This document shows, one piece after another, positions 9,428-20,220 of a stretch of 64,000 nucleotides of DNA; position 1 is the first letter of the stretch; every line of letters begins with the position of its first letter. Source of the stretch: Candidatus Latescibacterota bacterium (lineage in GTDB: Bacteria > Latescibacterota > UBA2968); contig OZ242320.1 of the NCBI GenBank assembly GCA_965208125.1, positions 4,288,001 to 4,352,000 of the forward strand. The letters run 5' to 3'. The notes below the pieces were generated by a model that saw only the letters and a list, made by a program, of their open reading frames with translations, made no database searches and was not told the DNA's origin. Both the position numbers and the translations under genes were made by a program.

Positions 9428-10411
9428 TTAAGTCTCTTTGGGTGAAAGCAGAAAATGGTCAAACCACGCGACCATCTGCTCGAAGTACTCAACGAGAAAG
9501 CGATGATTGCCGTCGGGTTGATAGACTTTGAAATGATCATCGTGTCCTGTTGCTGCATAGGCTTTTTTTACAACGGGTATAAGAGTATCGACGCCTTGAC
9601 GCGGCATGTCTTCGTCCCGGGTGGGCGAGATCATCATAAAGGGTCGCGGAGGCATACAGGTGGCTACGACGCGCGGATGATCAAAGTGACACAGGAAGTT
9701 AGGGATGTAGTAATAAGCACTGTGTCGTTCGTTGTCGCTATGGTGAATGACGCTGGCCAGGCTGCCAAGGCCACCACAGACAGTTACGCCTGCCGTGATC
9801 CAGGGTGCGCACGCCATTGAATACCAGGTTGCGTTGCCGCCAAGCGACATGCCTGTCAGGCCAATGCGGCTTTTGTCAACGCCATTTGTCGCGCAAAGAA
9901 TTCGAGCGGCTCTGAGGGTTTCTTCGACGAGAATGCCCATCTGGCTTCGTCCATACGGAGCCAGGAGTTTGCACTCGGTTGCCCATTCTTCAACGCTGCG
10001 GCGCCTTCCTTCTGTGCCTTTGATCGAGATGGCCAGTGTCGTGAACCCTCTTCGCGCGAGTTCACGTCCCCAGCCAATCAATGGACCATCGGGAGATTGA
10101 TGGAATTGTGGATGCGCGACCCGTTCGGCAGAACCGGATGTGCCAGAAATGCATACGATTCCCGGTCGTAATTTTCCCGTATGTCCAGGCGGTTCCAGGA
10201 GGATGGCCGGAACGGTTTCGCGCAGTGAGTTCTGGTAGCTCAGATGGGTGGCGCGAACGCCTTCGGTTTCTCGCGTTTCTGAGGTTGTGAAATCTACGTT
10301 GTCGGGGATTGTAGGCAGCCCCAGAAGATCTATGAGCTTTGCACGGATATCTGAGTCGGCAAGGTCAGATGTGGATGCTGGCTGGATATCAGGTGGTATG
10401 ATAGGTGACAT
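9428..10411 (-). CDS. Alpha/beta hydrolase (dienelactone hydrolase / esterase-like)
   Basis: RIGLTGMSLGG (GxSxG), PRPFMMI, C-terminal catalytic His (GNH). Confidence 0.85.
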   Translation of the reverse strand: MSPIIPPDIQPASTSDLADSDIRAKLIDLLGLPTIPDNVDFTTSETRETEGVRATHLSYQNSLRETVPAILLEPPGHTGKLRPGIVCISGTSGSAERVAHPQFHQSPDGPLIGWGRELARRGFTTLAISIKGTEGRRRSVEEWATECKLLAPYGRSQMGILVEETLRAARILCATNGVDKSRIGLTGMSLGGNATWYSMACAPWITAGVTVCGGLGSLASVIHHSDNERHSAYYYIPNFLCHFDHPRVVATCMPPRPFMMISPTRDEDMPRQGVDTLIPVVKKAYAATGHDDHFKVYQPDGNHRFLVEYFEQMVAWFDHFLLSPKET

Positions 10412-10431
10412 ATCGAGAAACCTTTATTATC

Positions 10432-11892
10432 TCACGGTTTTTGCACGACAAATTCCGGCCGTGGAATCATGCGTTCCGGATTTCGTTCGTAACCTCGTTT
10501 CCACAACTCCTCCACAAGCCTTCCACTTTTAGCCAGTTCTTGGCGAAGTGCCTGCTGGTCTGCCTTTGCCCTCTGATCAATCGCTTCCGGGCAGCACACC
10601 TGGTATAGCATTCGCCGAAGCCGAGCCAGTTTCTGAGACGCATCGGGACGCTCCGCAAGATCTTGCATCTCCAAAGGATCCTCTGCAAGGTCAAACAACA
10701 TCGGTCTTTCCCCAACGCACGCCACATATTTATCTGAACCCGATCGAAGAGCAAATGCGCTTCCCGGAAGGCCCGGCCCATGGAATTCACTGATCGCGAA
10801 TTCGGGAAGTGCCGCACCTGGCTCGCCCCTCAAGGACCCCAGCAAGGATGTCCCCCGCATGTGCGTTGGGGAAGGCAACTCCAGGGCTTCCGAGAATGTC
10901 TGGAAAAGATCGAGATGTGAAACGGGCGCAGGCTCGGACCCTCCTGACTCTATGCCGGGTCCAGCCACGATCATGGGTACGCGAATTGAATCCTCATACA
11001 TCGATCCCATTCCGGAATTGCGATGTGCCCCCATGCTACCACCGTGATCCGAAGCATAGGCGACCAGGGTCGAATCCCAGAGATTCTCGGTGTCTATGGC
11101 TTTGAGCACGCGCCCCACGTTGCGATCTGCCATCTCACAGATGCCGTGGTAGCCTACCAGACCACGGCGCAACTCCTCGGGTGTGCAAAGATCGCTGCAC
11201 GTGTAACGAACAAAATCCCGGTGGAAGGGGTGCAGTCGAGAAATGGGTTCCGAATAGCGCTCGTCCAGGTCTTCGGTTCGCACCAGCGGATCGTAGTAAT
11301 CCCATAGATCCTGCGGCGGATTCCATCCGGGATGGGGCTGTTTGATATTCACGATCAGGACCCAAGGGCGATCTTGCGGGCGTTCATACATCAGCCACTG
11401 TACCGCTTCTTTTGCGACCTGCGCGTCGTGCTGGTGTTCCCCACGCCCACTTGCAGGACCCGCTTCCCGCAATCGATGCAGGTGATGGTATCGGGGTTGC
11501 ACACGACCTTCTTCGAACAGCGTGTGTACGTCCAGACTCTCCCGTGCCTTGGCCAGGCGCATATCTTCCACTCCAGCATCACTGCCTGGTTTGTAATCGA
11601 GCTTGCCAATGGTCGTAAGCATGACGCCATTTTCTGCAAAGTAATGCCCCCAACCTCTGGGCACTCCCGAATAGGGGAACGCATTGTCCCAGGTGGAGAT
11701 CTCGTGAACATACCGTCCCGCCATCATCGCGCCCCGCGAAGGCGCGCACAGAGGACTTGGGCAATAGGCACTGTCGAATCTCTTTCCTCGCCTGGCGAGC
11801 GCATCGATGTGAGGCGTACGGGTAATGGAACTACCGTAACAACCGGAAAACTCAGGGTTGTGTCGATCGGTCATGATATAAACAACATTCAT
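10432..11892 (-). CDS. Sulfatase, choline-sulfatase-like
   Basis: NVVYIMTDRH, RTPHID, LCAPSR, GKL, SDHG, MYEDSIRVP; start placed at ATG 11892 after GAGGTG. Confidence 0.9.
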   Translation of the reverse strand: MNVVYIMTDRHNPEFSGCYGSSITRTPHIDALARRGKRFDSAYCPSPLCAPSRGAMMAGRYVHEISTWDNAFPYSGVPRGWGHYFAENGVMLTTIGKLDYKPGSDAGVEDMRLAKARESLDVHTLFEEGRVQPRYHHLHRLREAGPASGRGEHQHDAQVAKEAVQWLMYERPQDRPWVLIVNIKQPHPGWNPPQDLWDYYDPLVRTEDLDERYSEPISRLHPFHRDFVRYTCSDLCTPEELRRGLVGYHGICEMADRNVGRVLKAIDTENLWDSTLVAYASDHGGSMGAHRNSGMGSMYEDSIRVPMIVAGPGIESGGSEPAPVSHLDLFQTFSEALELPSPTHMRGTSLLGSLRGEPGAALPEFAISEFHGPGLPGSAFALRSGSDKYVACVGERPMLFDLAEDPLEMQDLAERPDASQKLARLRRMLYQVCCPEAIDQRAKADQQALRQELAKSGRLVEELWKRGYERNPERMIPRPEFVVQKP

Positions 11893-11929
11893 CGAAGTCA
11901 CCTCGGTGCGGGTTGTCAATGGCGGCATC

Positions 11930-12748
11930 TTAAGCCGTTGGAACATATCCCAACTGATCGTTATATGCCACAGCTTCGGGGAAGGTCTCGTGAAGGTGGT
12001 CGAGAACCATACCAATATTACACCTGCACAAAGAGCTGGGATAGGGCATCTCGCCGGTACGCCGGAAAAATGCCCCGTTCTTTTCGTGAAAATCACCCCG
12101 CCGGTCCATGAACTGCCCCCAGTGTCCCATCGTGTATCGCATCTCTGTCCTTCTCTCAGCGCTCTGAATCCAGGCTTCGGGAAACAGCATTTGAAACCGT
12201 GGTGCCGAATTCAACCAACTGCCGCATCGAACCACTTTTACTTCCGGCCGACGTACTTGCGAATCTCTGAGCAGCCTGATTAGCGATGCCGCAAACTGCA
12301 CGTGCATATCACTGAGGGGAGATTTTGGCTGGTAAACGTTGGCAATATGAAGGCTCAACGAGTCCTCGTGCTTGTAGTCATAATTCCAACATTCGTGTGA
12401 ACGATCGCCAGGTCCGGGCTGTTCATTACCCAACTTGCGAATGCGCGCTACCATAAGTGGCCAGAGGATCGCAAGTCCCTTGGTCTCCACGGATTCACTA
12501 TCATTACCATACTTGTCGAAGATTTCTCCCAACTTCCCTACAATGACGTTCCATTCGAGATCTTCGTCTCCCGCTGCCGGATGGTGGTTGCCGTCGTAGA
12601 GTGAGGTATTCCGGTACAGATTGACTCGCACGTTAACGGTATCTTCCAGGTCTCCAGGGTCTTCCCACAGCCGTTTGTTCGCGTACCAAAGGCTCAACCG
12701 GGTGAATTCCCGAACATAATGCACGCGAATCGGATCCAGATCGGACAT
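11930..12748 (-). CDS. Conserved hypothetical protein (GSWL/WGQF family, homolog of 44880-45629)
   Basis: LSLHIAN...SPLS, LLRD...PE...VRCGSWL...LFP...GHWGQF shared with the ORF at 44880. Confidence 0.75.
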   Translation of the reverse strand: MSDLDPIRVHYVREFTRLSLWYANKRLWEDPGDLEDTVNVRVNLYRNTSLYDGNHHPAAGDEDLEWNVIVGKLGEIFDKYGNDSESVETKGLAILWPLMVARIRKLGNEQPGPGDRSHECWNYDYKHEDSLSLHIANVYQPKSPLSDMHVQFAASLIRLLRDSQVRRPEVKVVRCGSWLNSAPRFQMLFPEAWIQSAERRTEMRYTMGHWGQFMDRRGDFHEKNGAFFRRTGEMPYPSSLCRCNIGMVLDHLHETFPEAVAYNDQLGYVPTA

Positions 12749-12776
12749 TGATTCTACCCCTGTTGTTCGTATTGCG

Positions 12777-14963
12777 TTAATCTTTTCCTCTGCCGGATTT
12801 TGCGCCATAATCCTGCCAGCCCCAATCCAGATGGATTCGGGGTATGGAAAACTCGTAATACCAGCGAATACTCACGGGTTCGTGTTGAGGTTCCAGGTAT
12901 GCATAAAAAAGAGCAGATCGGCCTGTCACTTCATCCAGCATCCCTGCAGGGGTGAGTTCCGACAACAGGTTCGGATCTTCTTCCACTTCCAGGTAACGCA
13001 GCAAATCATTTGTGTGGTTTTCGGCGCCGCTGGAACTCATTTGAACGGGTGTCTCGTGTTCATTCCACCCTGGCAAGTCCGATGCTGGTTGAGATTCGCC
13101 GTCTGCCGCCTTTGCCCAGATCGGTGTACTCCAGGCAAACTCTCCATCGTTCTGGCGAAGCCGTATGTAGTAGGCATTCTCTTTGAGCGGATGCTCATCC
13201 ACGTAAGTCAGATCTACGTCCAGCGTGTTCGGACGCCAGGTCTTCAAGCGTCGATCATTCCGGATGAGATCTACGTGCTGCACTGTTGAGCATGCGTGAG
13301 CTACCACGCGAATTCTGGCTGGGCCTGAAAGCTGTATCTCGCTGCCAGCGGGATTGCCCCCCAGCGAAACCATCAGAATGATTCGAGCCCCGGTCGTTGC
13401 AAAGGTTCGTCTTTCAGCGACAGCTTGCCAGATGGCCTTTCGTTCACAGCGAGTGGCCCACACACCTGCCAGAGGACCCGACCCAAATCCGGTGTCACGG
13501 ATGTTGAGCACCTTGTTGAACCGGCCCCGGAAGCAATGGGGAGCCATTGGGGCGCCCAGTGTGGGCAGATGGATATCTCCCGATCCGATAACGGCCGGTC
13601 GATAGCCGTACCTCAGTGCCTTCTGCAGGAGCCACTCGAAAGCGCCGTGACCGCTGGCCACTTCCAGCAGTGGTTCGACATTTGGCCGAAATGCGTCCCA
13701 ATTTGGCGGTCCTCCTCCAACGTGGGATTCAAGAAGAACATCCTCCCGATCTCCGTAGGTTTCCAGCAGAGTTTCCATCGACGAAAAGGTCGGCAGGTAC
13801 CCATCTTCCATCTCCCGGAATACGACGTTTCGGTCCCCTCCGGAGCGCGTGTGAACTTCCGATGCCAGGAAGGGCACATATATTCCGGGCTCATCGTGAT
13901 TGGTATATGCCTGTTGAAAGGCTTCCCACAGTTCAGGTTCGTCAGCCTGATCTGGTGGCGACATGGGGCCCGGAGCCGCAAAATCCAGCCGTCCCACTTC
14001 GCGGGCTTGCCTGTGTCGGGCATCCGGATCCAACTTGAAGCTGGGCTCGTCCATCAGCGCCATGGACGTATCGCCCCAGGCGTGGGAGTGAAAGTCTCCC
14101 CAGAGCAGCCGGAAGTCGGGAGACTTCTGGCAGAATATCGGATTGCTTCTGGCTCGAAGGTCTCCATCCCTCGCTTCGAGGCGATAAACGCCGGGGTGGT
14201 CAATCTGCACGTCCTCCAACCTCAGGACGCCGTTATGTACTGGCTCAAACACCGCTCGATCCGGCAGGCCCGACACATTGTCGGGGGCAGTTAACTGGAC
14301 GACGCCTTGATATTGTTCACACACATTTCGATGGATATCGAAAGCGACCAGATTGAGGTGAAACGATTCGCCCTGTTCGACAATGGATGGTCCCAGGATT
14401 CGCAGCATATCTGCGGATGCTTCTGAAGTAATGCGAATCCGGATCTCTCCACCCGCGATGCTGACAAATTGACCACTGCCATTGCGATCTACGGCTGCCT
14501 CCAGTCGCGCCATTGTAGTCGAGTCATAAACTTCAGCACCTGGACCACCCCCGCAGCGATCGCCGATTCGCAATCTGATCCAATCTCCCTTTTGAAGGGC
14601 CCCTTTCGACACGCGAACCCTCGCAACTTCGGGTTCGTGACCATGGTCGGAATTGACAGTCAGGTCCAGTCTGGCGTCAGAATTTGACTCCATTGTCACA
14701 TAGTCGCGTCCCAGTGGGTTATTCAACTGAGGGGCGTGGCCCATGAGGAATCCGCGGCGGAAGAAGCAGAATCCCCCACCATCCTGCACATCCGCTGCAG
14801 CAGTAAATGTGATCTCCCACGTGCCGACTTTCCCAGCAGGCAGATTGAATGTGGATCCCGATGCAACAGAACCATCTGCACCCCGAAACAGGACTTCAAA
14901 TCCGTCGGGTTCATCCCCGGGAATTGAGGCCTGGATCCACTCTATGCGAGCGTTTTTTGACAT
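12777..14963 (-). CDS. DUF3604-like / PHP-like metallo-hydrolase
   Basis: RSNPI, WGDFHSH, GDRNV, LEVASGHG, IGSGDIH, RRTFATTGARI, YYIRLRQNDGEFAWSTPIW. Confidence 0.8.
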   Translation of the reverse strand: MSKNARIEWIQASIPGDEPDGFEVLFRGADGSVASGSTFNLPAGKVGTWEITFTAAADVQDGGGFCFFRRGFLMGHAPQLNNPLGRDYVTMESNSDARLDLTVNSDHGHEPEVARVRVSKGALQKGDWIRLRIGDRCGGGPGAEVYDSTTMARLEAAVDRNGSGQFVSIAGGEIRIRITSEASADMLRILGPSIVEQGESFHLNLVAFDIHRNVCEQYQGVVQLTAPDNVSGLPDRAVFEPVHNGVLRLEDVQIDHPGVYRLEARDGDLRARSNPIFCQKSPDFRLLWGDFHSHAWGDTSMALMDEPSFKLDPDARHRQAREVGRLDFAAPGPMSPPDQADEPELWEAFQQAYTNHDEPGIYVPFLASEVHTRSGGDRNVVFREMEDGYLPTFSSMETLLETYGDREDVLLESHVGGGPPNWDAFRPNVEPLLEVASGHGAFEWLLQKALRYGYRPAVIGSGDIHLPTLGAPMAPHCFRGRFNKVLNIRDTGFGSGPLAGVWATRCERKAIWQAVAERRTFATTGARIILMVSLGGNPAGSEIQLSGPARIRVVAHACSTVQHVDLIRNDRRLKTWRPNTLDVDLTYVDEHPLKENAYYIRLRQNDGEFAWSTPIWAKAADGESQPASDLPGWNEHETPVQMSSSGAENHTNDLLRYLEVEEDPNLLSELTPAGMLDEVTGRSALFYAYLEPQHEPVSIRWYYEFSIPRIHLDWGWQDYGAKSGRGKD

Positions 14964-16243
14964 ACGGTATCATCCGTTAATTCAGAAAGTCGCGAACGGT
15001 TGTCATATACCTTCTGAAATGCCTCTGCCGTTTGTTCGACCCAGATCGGATCGGGATCTACAGGGGTAGATAGCCAGAAGCACGTGCTATGTATCCTTTC
15101 GCTGATCGGCAGGCTGCCCGGTCGATACGATTTCCTCGCGTTATCTGGAAGATATCCCCAGGGACCCCCAAGGCCCTCGAATGAGAAATCGTTGAACAGT
15201 GACTCCAGATGCATCACACCATATCCGTAAGGCGTTATCTCCGGTTTTGTCCGCACCCCTTCGGCTACCAGCGCTTCCAGAACCTTCGACACGGGTACTC
15301 CATAGGCTTCGGGATCGACCAAACCTGCATACAACAGGAGACCGCCGCGGGTAGCCTTTGGATAGACCTTCTGAGTCTCAACCCCCTCTATATTCTCGAG
15401 AAGCTCGTCCATTTGTGCAAACCACTTTCGGCGCTTTTCGTTGAGCTCTGAAAGGCGTTCGAGTCGTCCCCGAGCCATCGCGATGCCAAAAGGATTCGCC
15501 CTGTATTTGACGCCCAGGCCCATGTTGTGCAATCCCGTAAACCGATCGGTTTTCCACGATCCCCCGCAACGACCGTACTGTCCCAATGCCATCATCTGGT
15601 CATAGAGATCATCGTCATCTGTCACCACCACCCCGGCCTCCAATCCTGTAACTGGCTTGCTGCCCTGCAGACTGAAGCATCCAATGTGGCCAATGCTGCC
15701 CACTGGCTTGCCATCCCACAGAGCGCCGTGTGCGTGAGAGGCGTCTTCAATCAGCTTGATATCGGTTCCGGCGACCAGGTCCAGCAGTCCATCCATATCC
15801 GCCGGGTTCCCATAGACGTGTGTGACGACAATCGCGCATGTCCTGTCTGTGATTCGTTGCTTTACATCTTCCGGATCCGCACAGAAGGTGTTCGGATCTA
15901 CCTCGCAGAATACTGGCGTTGCGCCGCAATGGAGGATGGGTGAAATCGTGGCATGCCAGGTGACTGATGGCACGATCACTTCTTTGCCAACACGGGCGCC
16001 CGCAGCAAAAATGGCCGAGTGCAAAGCTGCGGTTCCGTTGCACGTACAGATCGCGTGCTGGGTCTTTACCAGTTTGCTGAAATCAGATTCGAAGAGCTCG
16101 AGATGTCGCCGGGCTGTCTTCGGATCGTCCAGTACCTCGTTCACGTACGACTTTTCAAGCGGCCCGATATTTTCCCACCCATCTCCTACTGGAGCCGTAA
16201 CGGCCTTTGGGCCTCCTTCAATTGCCAGAAGTGATTGTGCCAT
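14942..16243 (-). CDS. DegT/DnrJ/EryC1/StrS PLP-dependent sugar aminotransferase
   Basis: NGTAALH, IEDASHAHGA, CFSLQGSK (PLP lysine), EAG. Confidence 0.93.
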   Translation of the reverse strand: MAQSLLAIEGGPKAVTAPVGDGWENIGPLEKSYVNEVLDDPKTARRHLELFESDFSKLVKTQHAICTCNGTAALHSAIFAAGARVGKEVIVPSVTWHATISPILHCGATPVFCEVDPNTFCADPEDVKQRITDRTCAIVVTHVYGNPADMDGLLDLVAGTDIKLIEDASHAHGALWDGKPVGSIGHIGCFSLQGSKPVTGLEAGVVVTDDDDLYDQMMALGQYGRCGGSWKTDRFTGLHNMGLGVKYRANPFGIAMARGRLERLSELNEKRRKWFAQMDELLENIEGVETQKVYPKATRGGLLLYAGLVDPEAYGVPVSKVLEALVAEGVRTKPEITPYGYGVMHLESLFNDFSFEGLGGPWGYLPDNARKSYRPGSLPISERIHSTCFWLSTPVDPDPIWVEQTAEAFQKVYDNRSRLSELTDDTVCQKTLA

Positions 16244-16255
16244 GGTATTCTCCTA

Positions 16256-16387
16256 GGTTCTGTCTGAAAAGTCACTTTTAAGCCTGAAATGACCTGTAAG
16301 CGATTTTATCAGACAGCTTATTTTATAGGGTTTGGTAAATAGCCCAAATCGGCATTTAGAGGAAATTCAGACTTTTCAGACACTACC
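16256..16387. mobile_element. 132-bp MITE, copy 1
   Basis: Terminal inverted repeats GGTTCTGTCTGAAAAGTC / GACTTTTCAGACACTACC (16/18 match), flanked by TA on both sides, no ORF; identical to 63544-63675. Confidence 0.92.
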
Positions 16388-16435
16388 TAATGTAATCTTT
16401 ACCCTGGTTGAGATTTTTGAAATCAAAAAAGGTCC

Positions 16436-17815
16436 TTATCCGTCCAGTCCTCTATTCCATTTGTATAAAAGCCATTTGCTCAGCGCCTGCCCATCTCCGA
16501 TTTGCCACGCCCAATCTTCGAGTTTCCCGAACAGCATCCGCAGCACTTCTTCCAGCCCGGGTTCGCGGAACCTGTTGTTTATTTCGTCCGGATCAGAGGG
16601 ACGATGGTAGAGTTCCGGAGGTCGCTCTGAGTTGACGATCAGTTTCCATTCATTTGTTACAATACACCTTTCAAACATCGTAGGGTCGCTTTCCGGAGGA
16701 CAGTAGAGACCATCCTGACGATATGGATGGTTCTGAATATAAACAGAGTCACGCCATGGACCTTTGCCAGAAAGCAGGAGTTCTCTCGCGCTGTGACCGT
16801 GCAGGCCATCGGGAATGTCTAGCCCGCAGAGATCCAGGATGGTGGGCACCAGGTCTGCGTGACTGACGAGTTCGCTTCGGACTCCAGGTTTGATCTTTCC
16901 GATCCAGTGGAAGATCAGAGGAATTCTGCTCGCCGTGTCGTAGCAATTCCGTTTTGGCTGAGGATTCCATCGGTAGACAAAATCATGCCCGTGATCCGAT
17001 GTATATACAATCAAGGTGTTTTGCTCGAGGCCCAAAGCATTCAGGACATCCACCATCCGGCCAACGTTTTCATCAATTCTGTTAACCATTGCATAGTACG
17101 TGGGGTACTGGACCTTTCCCTGAAATCGCTCGCAGTTTTCCGGGGGAGCGGTCCACGGTGTGTGCGGAGGCCGGAAAGATACGATCAAGCAGAACGGATT
17201 CTGGTGGTGTTCGCGAATAAACTGGATTCCGCGGTCGAACTCGAAGTCAACACGGTACTCGCCTGGTTCTTCACGACCAAAATCGGGAATTGCAGACTCG
17301 TGATTGTCGGGCACGGTCCATTTCTTCATGGGCTCTCCAACCCATTGTGATTCACTCCCGTCATGACCTTGCCAGACATCAAAGTAGTCCGGAGGAGGCT
17401 GGATCGGTCTTCCTGATACAGGTCGATCGAAAGGCTCAGGCGTCGGACCCAGATGCCATTTACCGACGTAGCCGGTGGTGTAACCCATATCGTGCAGGAG
17501 CCTCGGAAAAGATGTTGTGTGGTCGGTCAAAGTCACATCGTTGTCCCAGACCTCAGTCTTGTGGGGAAATAGTCCCGTCAGGATTGAAGATCGGGCCGCG
17601 GAACAGAGAGGCTGGGTCACAAAAGCCGATTCAAAACAGGCACCTTCACTTGCCAGTCGGTCGATATGAGGAGAAATCGCATTCCGATTGCCGTAACATC
17701 CCAATGAATCAAACCTCTGTTGATCGGGAAGGATCAGGATGATGTTGGGTGGTCTCCCTTCTGTCTCACCTATATTTTTACCTCTGGTCCAATCGTCCGA
17801 TTGCCGCTGATCCAT
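16436..17815 (-). CDS. Sulfatase (CxAxR variant)
   Basis: PPNIILILPDQQR, LCSAAR, GYVGKWHL, PPH, TSDHG. Confidence 0.9.
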   Translation of the reverse strand: MDQRQSDDWTRGKNIGETEGRPPNIILILPDQQRFDSLGCYGNRNAISPHIDRLASEGACFESAFVTQPLCSAARSSILTGLFPHKTEVWDNDVTLTDHTTSFPRLLHDMGYTTGYVGKWHLGPTPEPFDRPVSGRPIQPPPDYFDVWQGHDGSESQWVGEPMKKWTVPDNHESAIPDFGREEPGEYRVDFEFDRGIQFIREHHQNPFCLIVSFRPPHTPWTAPPENCERFQGKVQYPTYYAMVNRIDENVGRMVDVLNALGLEQNTLIVYTSDHGHDFVYRWNPQPKRNCYDTASRIPLIFHWIGKIKPGVRSELVSHADLVPTILDLCGLDIPDGLHGHSARELLLSGKGPWRDSVYIQNHPYRQDGLYCPPESDPTMFERCIVTNEWKLIVNSERPPELYHRPSDPDEINNRFREPGLEEVLRMLFGKLEDWAWQIGDGQALSKWLLYKWNRGLDG

Positions 17816-17890
17816 CTCCTATCTCCTGTTTTCCAATGCCAGAATTCGACCCGAGAGCCAGTCGGTCTGTTTTATACGCAGAGACTCAAG

Positions 17891-20131
17891 TCAGAGATGC
17901 CCGCCAGACTCCAGGATACGCTCTTCCACTCTGAGAGGGGTCGGTCGGAGTCCAAAATCTCTCCATCCCCAGTCCACATGGATTTTGGGCATGTCGAATT
18001 CAAAATACCAGCGAATACTGATGGGATCTCGATCGATACCAAAATATCCGAGGAAAAGCGCGCATTTTCCGGTGACCTCCTCGATTACGTCGAAAGGGGT
18101 CAGATCGTGAAACTCCTCGATATCTTCTTCCACCTCCAGGTAACGGTACAGATCGGCTTCGTAAGACTCCGCCTGGTTGGGCCTGAGGCTCGTGAGATCA
18201 AGAGGCTCGTGCGCGTTCCACCTGGGCAGGTCATCTTGCTCAGATCCATCCGGACAGAAGGTCCAGATTGGCGTGGACCATGCATATTCACCGTCGATTT
18301 GGCGGAGACGAACGTAATAGGCTCCCTCTCGCTGCGGAATCTCGTCGGCGTAGATCAGATCTATATCGAGTGCATCGGGATGCCATGAGTGGAGACAACG
18401 GTCATTCCGAATCAAATCTACTCTCTGCACGGGAGCACAGGCGTGCGCGCAAATGGTGATCTCAGCAGGAGCCGAGATTTTGGCCTCGCTGCCCGCAGCG
18501 TGTCCGTTGACATCTACGGTCAGGATGATGCGCGCCCCAGTGGTGGCGAAGGTGCGCCGATCCCGAATCGCCTTCCAGATTTCGTTACGCTCACAGCGCG
18601 CTGCCCAAACGGCGGCGATCGGTCCATTCCCATACCCGGTGTCTCGGAAGTTCAAGCCAATATTGTGCCACCTCCCGAAGTAGTCTTTGGCGGCGATTGG
18701 AGCGCCCATCGTAGCAAGGTGGGTGTCCCCCGATCCAATAACGGCTGGGCGAAAGCCACAGCGCAGGGCCCACTGGAGCACCCATTCAAAGCAGCCATGC
18801 CCGCTGGCGACCTCAAGAAGCGGCTCGTGACTGGGAAGATAATCGTACCATTGGGGGGGACCACCCCCGATGTGGGCTTCAAGGATCACATCCTCCCGCT
18901 CTCCAAACTCGGCCATCACTTCGTCCATGGTGCAGAAGGTGGGGGGATAGGTTTCAGTCCATTCACGGTAGATCACGTTCCGATCCCCTCCAGGTCTCGG
19001 GTGAACCTCTGAAGCAAGAAAAGGAACGTAAGTCCCCGGCTCATCGTTGTTCCGATAAGCTTGCTGATAGGCACGCCACAGCTCTGGTCGGTCCTCCTGG
19101 ATTGGCGGAACGGCTGGTCCCGGCGCCCCAAAGTCCAGCCGACCGACTCTCCGCAACTGTTCGTGTCTCCGCTCAGGATGAATCTTGAAGGTGGGATCGT
19201 CCAGTAGCGACATGCTAATGTCGCCCCATCCGTGGCAATGGAGATCTCCCCAGAGGAGACGGTGGTCGTGCTGTTCCTTGCAGAGGATGGGGTTGCTTAC
19301 TGCCCTTAGACCGTGGCGTTCGTCTTCCGCGATCAGACGGATAAGGCCGGGTTCTGGTATGCGAATGTCTTCCAGAATCACGAGTCCGCTATCACTGGAG
19401 CCCAACGAGATGGATTTGGGCAACCCCTCAACCGCTGAAATCGGACCAGAGAAGGCCACTCGACCCTCAAATTGCTCGCAGATGTTGTGGCTTGCATCGA
19501 AGGCCATCAGATGCAGTGCAAAGGCCTCATCGGGCGTAACGATCGACGGGCCCAGAAGCCGAAGCAGCGTCGGCACAGGATTGGATGTGATTTGAATCCT
19601 ACAAGGGTTGCAGACCAGTTCCCGATAGACGCCATCCCCTGTCCGATCCACGGCACCGGTAATCCGCCCCAGAGTCGTTCCGTCATAAACGGCGCTCCCC
19701 GCGCCTCCATAGCTTGAATCGCCAATCTGAATAGTGAAGGAATCATCGGCTTTCATCTCACCCTCATCGACCAGCACCTGGGCGAATCCAGGACGGTGGG
19801 ACTGCTTTTCTGAATTGACGACTAGGCGTAAGGCCGCATCACATTGGGTTTTTAGAGTGACGAAATCACGTCCCTTTGGGTTGTAGTCCTGAATTCGATG
19901 CGAAAACAGAAACGAGTGCCGCTGAAAAAGAAAACCGCCGCCGGCAGTTATGGTTTCTGATGCGGTGGCAGTAATCTTCCACATCCCCAACTTGCCTGCG
20001 GGCAATTCCAGATCGTGCCCACAGCTACGTGAGCCGTCACTTCCGTGAAATTCGACCTCGAACGCATCGGGCTCGTTACCCGACACAGGTTGGACTGTGA
20101 TGCTGACGCGCTGCACTCGTGATTTTGGCAT
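17891..20131 (-). CDS. DUF3604-like / PHP-like metallo-hydrolase (paralog of 12777-14963)
   Basis: VSNPI, WGDLHCH, GGDRNV, LEVASGHG, IGSGDTH, RRTFATTGARI; collinear with the first copy over its full length. Confidence 0.8.
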   Translation of the reverse strand: MPKSRVQRVSITVQPVSGNEPDAFEVEFHGSDGSRSCGHDLELPAGKLGMWKITATASETITAGGGFLFQRHSFLFSHRIQDYNPKGRDFVTLKTQCDAALRLVVNSEKQSHRPGFAQVLVDEGEMKADDSFTIQIGDSSYGGAGSAVYDGTTLGRITGAVDRTGDGVYRELVCNPCRIQITSNPVPTLLRLLGPSIVTPDEAFALHLMAFDASHNICEQFEGRVAFSGPISAVEGLPKSISLGSSDSGLVILEDIRIPEPGLIRLIAEDERHGLRAVSNPILCKEQHDHRLLWGDLHCHGWGDISMSLLDDPTFKIHPERRHEQLRRVGRLDFGAPGPAVPPIQEDRPELWRAYQQAYRNNDEPGTYVPFLASEVHPRPGGDRNVIYREWTETYPPTFCTMDEVMAEFGEREDVILEAHIGGGPPQWYDYLPSHEPLLEVASGHGCFEWVLQWALRCGFRPAVIGSGDTHLATMGAPIAAKDYFGRWHNIGLNFRDTGYGNGPIAAVWAARCERNEIWKAIRDRRTFATTGARIILTVDVNGHAAGSEAKISAPAEITICAHACAPVQRVDLIRNDRCLHSWHPDALDIDLIYADEIPQREGAYYVRLRQIDGEYAWSTPIWTFCPDGSEQDDLPRWNAHEPLDLTSLRPNQAESYEADLYRYLEVEEDIEEFHDLTPFDVIEEVTGKCALFLGYFGIDRDPISIRWYFEFDMPKIHVDWGWRDFGLRPTPLRVEERILESGGHL

Positions 20132-20220
20132 GGGTTCTCCTCAACAGCCGTTCGACGAATCACGGCGCCAGAACACGTTTATGTTCAAGATTCGGTGGAT
20201 GGGATTCATTTGCAATGTGA

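Noticed and set aside
12777-20131. DUF3604 pair as a recent duplication or diversity-generating template/variable pair
   Set aside because: Divergence spans the full length at protein level with no near-identical adenine-specific repeat and no reverse transcriptase; they look like old paralogs.
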